DNA from: Lophium mytilinum
Taxonomy: Eukaryota
DNA length: 64,000 bases
Assembly: GCA_010093605.1 (NCBI GenBank)
Contig: MU004188.1
Coordinates: 189,673-253,672, forward strand
Reading direction: 5' to 3'
Part shown: positions 51,472 to 64,000 of the stretch, in pieces
Position numbering within the stretch: the first letter of the stretch is position 1
How the letters are laid out: every line of letters starts with the position of its first letter
Position numbers and translations under genes: made by a program
Notes under the pieces: model-generated
The model's database searches: none
Told to the model about the DNA's origin: nothing
Seen by the model: the letters and a program-made list of their open reading frames with translations, nothing else

Positions 51472-52195
51472 ACCTGAAGCGGTGCTCGAAGTGGTGTGGT
51501 AGAAGTAGTGGTGAGTCGGGTTCGTGAAGCTGTACTACTTTACTCAAATCAAGATTAGCGGCTGGCCGATGGTCACCGGACACTGGCGGGCGGTGGGCGG
51601 TGGGCGAGGCAACGGTGATGACGCTGGTGAAGGAGAGAGAGTGAGCTGTCAGGTCGACTTAAGGTTTTATAGTTGCGCAGAAATGAACGCCAAGCCTGCC
51701 AAGCCAAAATCCGTTGAGACTCTCGTAGTCGACTTTCACTCAGTGTGCGTTCCCCTCATACTAGAGCCGGGCTCTCTGATTCATTGAAGGAACCAATGCT
51801 AGTGATTGTCATAGAAGCCGCTGGGCCAGTGGTATATGGAATTTGGTAAAGAAGGAAAACGACCTCACTTGACCACGTATGGTCTTCCAGCGCGACCGCG
51901 GAACCGCTCCCGGCCGGCCCAAAGACGAGATGATCCTACCTATGTCATCTCACAAGAAAATTATAACTAGCGGCCATATAAGCTTAAGCTATCTCGTGCC
52001 TTCAGGATGTGTTTTGCTAATTCTTGCGATGTGAGAAGCCAGAAAAGGAGGCAATGAACTAATCGTGACTGACAAGATTACCATATATGCAGTGACCACA
52101 GGTTGACTACTATTAGGATGCCATACCTACACGAGCTAATATACACTTTTTAATACAGATCGTCAATGGCCACTCATGCGCACCCATGCCCAAAC

Positions 52196-53392
52196 TCACC
52201 ATCTCTTACCTTGGTCCGCGAAGTCATCGCCTCTTCTCTCGCGCTCGACTCTAGCGTCAAACTCTCGCTGAGCTTCAGTCTTGGCTAACTGTCTCTCCTC
52301 ATCTGTGCTAGAAAAGCTGAAGCTGTCGCCAAGTGTGGATCCCTGCCTCTGAGTTTCTTGGAGCGGTCTGCTTGTTGGCGGGGGAGAAGATGTTTGACTA
52401 GCCGAGCTCCTGCGTATACGTTCCCATGACGATCCTGTGCTTGCTTTTTCTTGCTCCGCCTCTCCTGGGAACATGCCACTTGACGGAGATGCCTCATCGC
52501 GGGACACCGTACGGTCAGGTGCCTTAGCTGGGCGGTCAAAGGCCTCGTTTCCCGGAGCTGCGTTCGGCGTACGGGGCTGCCTCGCGGATGTGTCACTTAG
52601 ATCGGAGCTGCTGTCGAAGGAATTGGACCAGGTGTCGTTGCCTGCGGTTGGAGACATATCGTCGTCATTTGCGGTGCTCTTTTGAGCTGGTGTCGGAAGC
52701 TGCGTTGGTCTCGAAGGCTGCTTTGGCCATGCTCTTCCATCTTCCGGGCTTGACTGACCGGGAGCCGGCTGTCTCGGAGGACCTCTGGCCTGGCTTGCAC
52801 GCTGAACCATGGCCTCCTGGAGGGGTTGAAGCACTGCATCTGCCCTTGTTTGGGTAATAGCATAGAATGTACCCCACGATTCCCCGAAAAAGCCTCCTAC
52901 AATCCTTCCCAATATGAAGTACGGTATGACCCTAGTAGTGTGAAACAAGCGTCGTGCCAAAGCTCCCTTCACGAAGAAGAATTCGTTGGGGTTGAATTTC
53001 TCCGGATTCGGAGTCCAGAAAGGATATCGAAAGGTGGCGCGAGTCCGGTAGGCCTGGTATATAGCCCCACTGGCCCCCAGAGCTGCCCCATATGATGCAA
53101 TAGACATCTTCTTTGCCCAGATGTACGATAAGGCGGTTGCCTCCTCATATGTCATGGGTCGATTCATCACCCTCTCTGCTTGTTTCACAGCTTCCTGGGT
53201 TTGCGCCTGTATCCGGCGATTGCTATACCCAACAAATCCACCAAATATGGGCACCGGCCGAGGTAAGCTGCTGAAATCGACGCTGCTGGTAGAAGCGGAA
53301 GCAGTGGAGTATGGGTCACCGCCGTCGGAGGGGAACGGGTCATCGACAAGAGAGCCATTGTTGGGCGGCCCGGTGGCGTCCTGCAGAACCAT
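52196..53392 (-). CDS. Conserved-looking hypothetical fungal membrane protein
   Basis: Long ORF, likely start MVLQDATG. Motifs LPRPVPIFGGFVGY, RPMTYEEATAL, two hydrophobic segments, TFRYPFWTP, SSWERIRR, and C-terminal AKTEAQREFDARVERERRG. Confidence 0.75.
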   Translation of the reverse strand: MVLQDATGPPNNGSLVDDPFPSDGGDPYSTASASTSSVDFSSLPRPVPIFGGFVGYSNRRIQAQTQEAVKQAERVMNRPMTYEEATALSYIWAKKMSIASYGAALGASGAIYQAYRTRATFRYPFWTPNPEKFNPNEFFFVKGALARRLFHTTRVIPYFILGRIVGGFFGESWGTFYAITQTRADAVLQPLQEAMVQRASQARGPPRQPAPGQSSPEDGRAWPKQPSRPTQLPTPAQKSTANDDDMSPTAGNDTWSNSFDSSSDLSDTSARQPRTPNAAPGNEAFDRPAKAPDRTVSRDEASPSSGMFPGEAEQEKASTGSSWERIRRSSASQTSSPPPTSRPLQETQRQGSTLGDSFSFSSTDEERQLAKTEAQREFDARVERERRGDDFADQGKRW

Positions 53393-54282
53393 TGGTGCTG
53401 CGTTATGACAATGGCGGCAGGCTGTGCAGTCGAGTGTTGGCAAGACGGTGTCTAGCGAGTTGGTGGAGCTGGAGAGGCTTGAAGTCGTGGAGAGAGAGAG
53501 CAGTGACGTCTCGGCATCTACGACTACCAGTGATCGAAGCACGTCCACTGCTACTAAGCTTGGACGCGATCTGAACAGCCCCTCCCCAGCCATCACAGCC
53601 TGGCTGGACATCTATCTCCCCATCTCGAATCCACAGAGACACCTCAGATGGCAGCTCAGATGCACAGCGATACTCATATCATAGGCGTCTCACGTCCTCA
53701 GGTCGTGTGGAGCCGCTTGGGTCCATCTACTTCGTATTCGCCGGCACTCGAGTGAAGGTTCCCGCGAGATTCCCAATAGTATCGCCTCCTACATTGCAGT
53801 CTCCACTGGTGAATGGAAAGGCATAGGTCTAGCTTCGTGAGTCACTCGACTTCTGGCAACGCTGTGTACAGCAGGTAGCTTTGTAGGTGGGAACGCAGGT
53901 CTCCACAGCCCTCGGTGGCTCGTGCTTCTGTGATGGACAAAGCGACACATTTCGACTCATCTTCGCATCACCTTGGCGCGCCCGTCCTCATTGGCTGCCG
54001 TGATACCTACTGCTGCTCGACGGCAGCGCCGACCCTTTCTGCTCCAAAATAACCCTAAAATACACATGTCCAAGCCTCCTAATGTCGTCGTACAATCTCA
54101 GTGACTGTTGTACTCCTTTCTCTTGCTGTTTTCCCGGCTGCATAAAAGAGCTCGTCTGCCCGTAGTCAAACAGACACCGCATCTGCTCAAAGTCAAATCC
54201 ACACCGCATCAATTCATATTTGCACACTTTCTGCAACCTCCACTCTATTTCCCTTACTCTGCAAAGACTGGCTCCCTCAACC

Positions 54283-55952
54283 ATGGCCGACACGCTGGCG
54301 GACGAAAATGGCCATAAGAGCTTCGAGGACATCAAGTCTACGAGCATCGACAATGGAAACCCTCAGGAAGAAACCGCGGCCTTCGAGCTAGCCGGCTCTA
54401 AGCTCCTACTTGTCATGATTGGGCTGGGTCTCGCAATCTTCCTCGCCGCGATAGATTCGTCCATATTCGCCACCGCCATTCCTCGCATCACGACTCAATT
54501 CCACAGCATCGACGACATTGGATGGTATGGAAGCAGCTATTCCTTCGCCATGTGCTCCCTCCAACCCGTGGCAGGAAAGCTTTATGCAAGCTTCTCGATG
54601 AAGGTAGGTTTTTCTAGACGAATGCATACCTGGGCTTCACTGATTGGTAGTAGACTGTATTCTTGTCGTATATGGCTGTCTTTGAATTCGGCTCCCTTAT
54701 CTGCGCCACCGCAGTTAATAGCCCCATGCTCATCGTTGGACGTACAATAGCGGGACTTGGAGGTGCCGGCATAACGACAGGGGGAATGTCAATTGTTGCC
54801 AGTTCAATGCCTCTCCAGAAACGAGGCGCCTTTATCGGCATACTGCATTCCACGTTTGGTGTTGCAACCATTTTAGGGCCACTGCTGGGTGGCCTCTTGA
54901 CGCAACATGCCTCGTGGCGATGGTGCTTCTACATCAACCTCCCGATCGGGGCAGTCACATTCGCCTTCCTCCTTTTGTTCTTTCACCCGCCTGCACGCAC
55001 CTCCGACACCACCACAGTTCTCCGGAAGCTCGCCAAGCTCGACCTAATGGGCGCATTCCTCTTCGCGCCTTCAGTCGTCATGATCCTCTTCGCTCTACAA
55101 TGGGGAGGTACTCAGTATGCGTGGAAGAGCGCGACAATCATTGGCCTTTTCCTAGGAGGTGCTGGCCTCCTTACTGTCTTCGCACTGTGGCAAGTCCACA
55201 AAGGCGACAACGCTATGATCCCACCCAGGCTCATGACACAGCGCACTATCTTCGTTGCCTGTTTCATCAACTTCTTCGCCATGGGTGCCGTTATGACCTC
55301 CATATTCTATCTACCAGAATGGTTTCAAGTCATCAAGGCAGTCTCGCCGACCAAATCCGGAGTCATGTACTTGCCGTTAGCTCTTTCAGACATCTTATCA
55401 GCCACCGGCGCAGGGGTGGGTGTTTCAGTTCTGGGTTACGCGAACCCATTTATACTTGCAGGGACGTCACTTATGTCCATTGGCACTGGCTTGATCACCA
55501 CCTTTACGCCTACTACCAATCATGAGCGCTGGATCTCGTATCAAGTTTTGCAAGGTCTCGGTGCGGGCATGACCCTTTCGATGCCATACGTAGCGACGCA
55601 GACGGTCCTCAAGGGCGATGATATCCCTGTCGGCACGTCCATGGTGCAGCTATTCCAGTTTCTTGGAAGTTCAGTTTTCTTGGCCATTTCCCAAGCTCTT
55701 TTCACAAACCAGCTTAGGAGTTCACTCTCAACGCTAGCTAGCGTGGGGATCGGCAGAGCAGAAATCGAGAAAATTCTGCACGCTGGCGCTACATCAGTCA
55801 GGAAGGTCGTAACTGAGGCCCAGGTATCTGGAGTTGTAGGAGCATACAACGACAGCATTGTCTCTACATTTTATGTCGCCACCGCTGCTGCAGCAGCATC
55901 GTTTGTTTTCTCTCTTGGTCTCGAATGGAGGAGTGTCAAGGCAAAGCCCTGA
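54283..55952 (+). CDS. MFS drug:H+ antiporter (DHA2, 14-TM type)
   Basis: AIDSSIFATAIPRITTQFHSIDDIGWYGSSY, FEFGSLICATA, LIVGRTIAGLGGAG, GPLLGG, SWRWCFYINLPIG; one intron. Confidence 0.95.
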
Positions 55953-56068
55953 TAGCAATGATGCAATACAAAAGTCGCATAATCCTGTAAATCTACAAAT
56001 AGACAGTCATAATTTTCTAGAGAAGCGAGTGTTTTCTACTACCTAACTTTTCCTCCGTGTTTCTGCTT

Positions 56069-56531
56069 TCAGCTTTCATCCTCCTCCGAATTTGTTAAGG
56101 CTTCAGCGTAGTCTTTCTCGAAGAGATGATACCAAGCCTTTCTATCAAGCCCCAACACATCTTCGACTTCTTCTTCCTCAGTCTCGGGTACTTTCTTGCC
56201 CATTGAGCCTTTAAGCCACTTTAGATTCATATTCGCCCACCACGCGAGCTCAGAGGGTAATGCGTCTCCAAAAAAGTACCTTGTACTCCACCGCGCGTTG
56301 TTTCTCGTGGTCTTTCTCCGCCCACATGAAGATCAGTGCATCTTCATGTTTGACTGCGAAGTCTTCGATTACAGCTACTATAAACTAGTGTTCCTTGTCT
56401 TTGTCTGGGTGATTCATTACTTCATCTATGATTTCCCGCTCTGCAGCGTTATCGTGAAATATGACACGTAGACGTCCCATGTCTATAGAAGGTGTGAGTC
56501 CGATTCGCATGGCAACTTTAGAAGGCGCCAT
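56069..56531 (-). pseudogene. Gene-like frame with an internal TAG and a putative intron
   Basis: MAPSKVAM...EVMNHPDKDKEH*FIVAVIEDF...AVEYK, putative intron 56279-56219, then WLKGSMG...EEDES*. Internal TAG at 56387-56385. No family recognised. Confidence 0.35.
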
Positions 56532-57248
56532 GGCTTTGCGGGGTGGAGTTCTTCGTCTTCTGCGCTCACGATGATAACGGGTTTTCTAAGGTTATACTCC
56601 TCAAGAAAGGCGCACCGCTTGTCACTTTCACTTAGGTTCGATTTTTTGTCCATCTAGAAAAAGATACGACTAAAGTAACAACTAAAGTTCCGTACTCACC
56701 AGTCAGCGCGTCACATCTAATTAAGTATACAGGAATGACATTGAGTCAAACCCGAAGGTAGTTTGCAGTTCATCGCATGATGAGGACATCGGGTCAATCA
56801 CGAACTCCAAACCCCTCGAGCAAACCATACGCGCCCAGCTGATCGAAAACAGGTCTACTCACATAACAGAGCATCAAGATCTATGACCAACATCCATGAC
56901 CTCCAGCAAACCTGACACAGTCTATGACCCTCCCGGTCTGGAACCGTATCGTCCCAAGACCACTTCAGGCCCTCATGGTCCTAACCAAGTGTAACGTGAA
57001 TCAGCCAACATCTCGCACAATGACAAGCTCTTTTGCGAAATATCTCTTGCGCTTTTTCGAGCTTCTAGACGAAGAAAGAGCCAGGAACATCTCGCATGAA
57101 CCATGGAAAGGATAAGCTTCTATTTTCATCCCTGAGCCTGATGCGTTTTCATACCCAGGCATCCAGTTCACCGAGCATCAACCCAAAAGAGCATTTCTTG
57201 AACAGAGTTTCAATAGACAGGTAGGGTATCACTAGCGCGCTGAAAACG

Positions 57249-59775
57249 CTACATCAAGCACCCATTCATCCTGCTCGAATGCAGCTCCGAGGCTCCCAGC
57301 CTCACTCTGCTCCCCCCGGACAGCGTCAAGAAAGCTTCGACCATCCACTCATACCACACCTTGCGATCGTCAGTTTGCCGCCACATGCTGATTTCCAGCT
57401 CTGCGTGTTCGGGGACATAGATGGGTGTCTAAGTAGATATTAGCCTGTCTGTTCTTCTAATACTCTAAATTGGCGCCGATATAGTGAACTTACCTTCAAA
57501 GGAAATAGGATAGGGAACCAGCTAATCATATCCTTGCTCTTCTCTTCCATAGTCACCGGGTTCGTGCTCAGCTCCACGCTTCCCTCCGTCCCGGCGTAGA
57601 GAACGGTTTCGAAGTACCCAGCGATACCGTGGCACACACCGCGCTCGGCGCACTCGAAGACCGTTTTCGAGAACCGCACGTTGTGCTCGTTTGCGCCATC
57701 GCCGCCTGTCGCGCCGCCGCCGCCACCACTCGCACTCCCGCCACGGCGCAGGTTGGATTGGGCAAGGACGGAGGGATGGCAGGGGTGCTTGAAGGCCCAT
57801 GCTGTCTGGACATCGGGCAGGAGCGGGGCTTCGACTTTAGGTTGTTGTTTAGACGAAGGGGTCGAGGAGATGTCACCCGGGCCGTAGTCGAATTCTTGGG
57901 TGGAGAGGTAGTCGATCTGCTGGAGCATCACGACGAAAGGGGTGTCGAATACGTGCGAGTCCGACGACGAGCGGTTGACTAGATCCGCATGGATGCGAGG
58001 TGCGGAGATGGGTGTGAGGTGCGCGGTGTAGGAAGTCGGGATGGAGATGCCGTGTTCTGGATTGAGGACGTGCTGGACGCCATCTAAACATTCTGGGGAG
58101 AGCTCGTTATCAGCGAATGATCCGAGCAGCTCAGAGACAAGTATGTCGACGCGGCCGTGAGTGCCGTCTGGTAGTAAAGGGCCTTTCCAAGCGCGCATGT
58201 CGGTCTTTACGACGGTGATTAGGCCGCCCCAGTCTTCTTCGTTGTGGCGCTGGAGGAGCACGTAGGCGTTAGGGTTCTTTTCTACTGCGTATACCTCGAC
58301 CTGCACGCCAGCGTCTTGGCTCGCCTGGATTGCTCGGGTTACTAGCGGTCCTCTTCCTGAACCAACGACAGCGATGACTACTGCGCCGTTTGCTGAAGAG
58401 GTAGACTTCCCTTGCTCGGTCCATTCTCTCAGCGCCTGCGCTATCGCACGCTCATACCAGTCGTACTTTACAGGGTCTTTCTCGAAGACTTCGTAAGTTA
58501 TGCTTTCCAGGTTGTCGGTAAGGGGTTGGAGCGGAGCTTGCAGATAATCTTGAAACCCACCCCCAAACCGCTCGATTGTGGTTTTAGAGGGCTGGTTTCG
58601 TTGCAGATATCGAATATAGCTCAGGTGCGGAGTAGGGTCTGCTTTGCTCTTTCGATTCTGATTCCGTGGCATTTGCGCGGACTCTGCTGGGGTTGGTGAG
58701 CGTGATCCCGTGGATGCGTCTGCGGCGATTCCGGGCGACAAGTGACCAGAAGAGTACTGCATGATCAAATCCGGGTCATTGATGCCAGGGATTGGTCCAA
58801 CATCGACGACCATTATCCAAGGAGCAGTTCGGAGACGCATGCATCGTGAGATGTACAATTGATGTGGTTTCGAAAGCACGAAGGATCCTCGCGCATTCAC
58901 TAAGAACGAGCTTGCGGGTATACTAAGGAAGCGTAGTGGTTCTGAGTACCATCGAGATTGAACGGCTATGGGCGGAAGACGCCGGGGGAGGGTCAACGAC
59001 ACGCAGAGTCGCTGATTGTATCTACACACAGACCTGATCAGGTCCCACGCGTCCCACGATGCAAAGAGGTCTGATTTCGTGATCTGTGTGCTTCTGCTCG
59101 TGTGAATGTACTCGTCCCTAGCAAATCGTGCCAGATTTCCCATATCTTCATCAGTTACAGACTCGGATACGTCACCCATAGGTGTGGTGATGTGCAGCTG
59201 TAGATATCCGCCAAGAGAGAGGGCCTCCTTTATGGCCCGAGCATGCTGGGACAGGCCTTCACTAGACCTGGCGCCGTTGTGGAGTTGAGGACCTTGCACA
59301 AGCACATTTATAACTCCACAGAATGCGGCGTATGCTATTTCCATATTGAAGACTTGGCGTGAAAGGTGCGCAATCAAAGGGTCTGGAGACGCCAGATCTA
59401 TCCATGGACTTGTGACTGCCACTGTCTGTGCTACATTGTCGCTTGGTGTCAAGGGTGTGTCTACGGGCCTGAGAGCTGGGATCAATGGCAGTGGGAGATC
59501 ATCATTGGGGGAACGTTCGCCGTGAGCTTGATTGTAGGTAGTCAACAGTGTCAAAACACTGGCGTGAAAATGGGGTGTCGTTATAGGGGTCGTAAGCATG
59601 TCATACTACTCTTTCTGTTAGTACATAATGAAGTAGAAGGACTTTGGAGAACACTAACGCCGCAATCGCGGGCCTGCTGGAGCACTTGCTCAGTAACAGG
59701 CAGAGGCCGTTTCGTCTCATGGTGTGCAACGTAAAACATGGGCATGGTTTCATCCTGGCTGTCAGGAGAATCCAT
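57249..59775 (-). CDS. SKB1: Protein arginine N-methyltransferase 5 (Skb1/Hsl7/PRMT5)
   Basis: DYLQAPLQPLTDNLESITYEVFEKDPVKY, VVGSGRGPLV, YAVEKNPNA, ILVSELLGSFADNELSPECLDG, MISWFPILFPLK, MWRQTDDRKVWYEW; 2 introns. Confidence 0.96.
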
Positions 59776-60222
59776 TTTCGAAGAAGCCAACGGACGTTTG
59801 GAGGGGTATCAAAAATTCGGCAGGCTGCTGTTGGAAATGTTGGGTGAAAGGTAAGACAGTGGAGGTCTAGAAGAATTGGTAGGGCTTTGGAAATATCATA
59901 GGCCGTAAAGAGAGACTAGAAAAGCAAATATGCAGAGGTGGAGGAGAGTTGTGGGTAGCTGCATAGAATGATTCGGGAGCCTCGAGGAAGAAATGGAACC
60001 CTGGATTTAGAGGCACCAATCCGCCCCACCTTCTAATATGCCAGGGCCCTGTCACGTGCGGGTCTCCGTGCCGCCGCCGCGGGACAGCGCCAAGGCTGAA
60101 GCGCCTCACGACCCGACTATTTTACCGCGACACTTTTTCCAGCCTCTAGTCACCGTCAACAACAGTCGCCGTCGCCACCACCACGAGCCTGCGCCAGCGC
60201 ATTGGCTTGACAACTCACAGAC

Positions 60223-62708
<2,486 letters not shown>

Positions 62709-63712
62709 TGAGGCAGATGGGACAACGGAGTAACACGAAAAGATGCTGTGCCACGGCCGTGTCTATGAGTGAGGAGTTGGACGGTTGGATTGGGCTACGA
62801 GACGAAGCTCCTGATATCCAGGTACAAATATGCTCCTTGATGTCAGCAAGCCTGAACTGTCATAGCGAGTGGTTCTGATCAAACTCAAATAGGTTGATTA
62901 GGTTTGCGATAGGTGGAACATTGCCTCTGCTACTTGTAGATAGGTAATACTATTCGATTGCATCCATTTGATGGGTGAAGACCCTCTCGTTTCAGCGTTA
63001 TGGTAATGACCAAACTTTATTCTAACCTCACATGTACCCCACCCCTTAACAAGCGGTTGGACCGTAAAAGGACTCTAGTATGTTGGCAATACTAAGTACT
63101 TATATTGTGAGTCTTATATCTCGAACATCTCCTCTGCGTCGCTGACTTTGTTTCCATCTCATTGCCGTTGAGTTGTCATTCCTCTCACATCGAAGGGGTC
63201 ATGTGCGCAAAACGAAACACCCCCCGAGAGGCTCCTGCCTCTTTTCCACGCTCGAGCTCAGCGGCATGGACTTCCTTTAGGGGCCTGCGCTGGCAGCTGT
63301 GGTAGCTCTAGATCTAACCCTTAGACGTTATCTAGCTCTCCGGACGCTGGTATATCTCTCATCTTGCAATATCAAATCATATACGAGTGGTCACAGTACT
63401 TTATCCCATTCCACCCTGACAAGTAATGCTACCGGAAGTCGCAGCAATACTGACTCGGGATATCTTCATTCGCTAAGTAGTAAGTGGAGGGTGTTGTTAG
63501 TGTAGAAGACCGGCGCCCGCCTCTCATCGGCTTATATTCCTATTCATTCACTACTCCGCTTGCTCGCCGCGTGTATAGAGGGTCCTCTATGTTACGTCCA
63601 CATCGGGCCTCCTACAACATTCCCACCCAAGCCACCACCCTAGCCACCACATCCTGACAACGCGTTTTCGAAACACCGTCTACGCCTACTCGAGGAATCA
63701 TTTTTTGTGCCC

Positions 63713-64000
63713 ATGTTCAGTTTGAAGAGTTTGTTTAAGTAAGTAAGCCACTCAAGCATGCAAGTCGGTCTGCTAACCAAGTCTAGGAAAGAAGAGCCAG
63801 TCGAGTTTGTCGTCGCCGGAGGGCATAGATTCGCCCTCAAACCTAAGCATGTCGCCGAAAGCCCCAGCTTGAGCCAACTCCCGGCTCCGATAATCATCCC
63901 GGATGTCGATAGGGAGACGTTCGCTTTGTTTGCGGAATGGCTGAAGGAGAAGTCACTCCCGAACCGCATTAGCAGTCCGTCGTTGTTCTGCAAGCTGTGG
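63713..64000 (+). CDS. BTB/POZ-domain-like protein, 5' part; runs off the right edge
   Basis: MFSLKSLF, a GTAAGT...CTAAC...TAG intron, then EEPVEFVVAGGHRF...IIIPDVDRETFALFAEWL...LFCKLW, the typical fungal BTB pattern. Confidence 0.65.

Noticed and set aside
32115..55952. Secondary-metabolite cluster (SDR, epimerase-like, AKR, MFS)
   Set aside because: There is no PKS, NRPS or terpene backbone gene, and these genes are interspersed with housekeeping genes.
57249..59775. Functional link between PRMT5 and the RGG tail of member F
   Set aside because: They are about 27 kb apart with many unrelated genes between them; proximity is not evidence in a fungal genome.

Overview
Intron-containing genomic DNA of a filamentous ascomycete (Pezizomycotina), with about 30 genes. 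Introns are short GT-AG type with CTRAC branch points. Recognisable genes: an arrestin-like protein (partial), cyclophilin Cyp10/PPIL3, a DUR3-type urea transporter, SCAP, ACL4, GIR2, an Iec1-like C2H2 protein, an SDR, an aldo-keto reductase, alkaline ceramidase, an SH3 membrane protein, a DHA2 MFS pump, PRMT5/Skb1, PRP43 and a partial BTB protein. The most striking feature is an accessory island at about 19.7-31.9 kb. It holds eight members of a family of tiny, intronless, non-secreted Cys-rich ORFs with consensus M-C-x6-C-x2-C-x9-C-x2-F-x4-P...[IL]P-x2-AP-x-C-x11-13-C-x2-C. Six are intact, one is interrupted only by a single in-frame TAG, and one is decayed. One intact member carries an RGG-rich tail. 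The family forms two sub-clusters split by a divergent pair of secreted carboxylesterases. Also noted: an NLR-like gene with no visible NACHT core, a second TAG-interrupted gene-like frame, micro-exons, a GC-AG intron, and a recurring C-rich to G-rich switch inside several genes. All annotation was done by eye and no database search was run.
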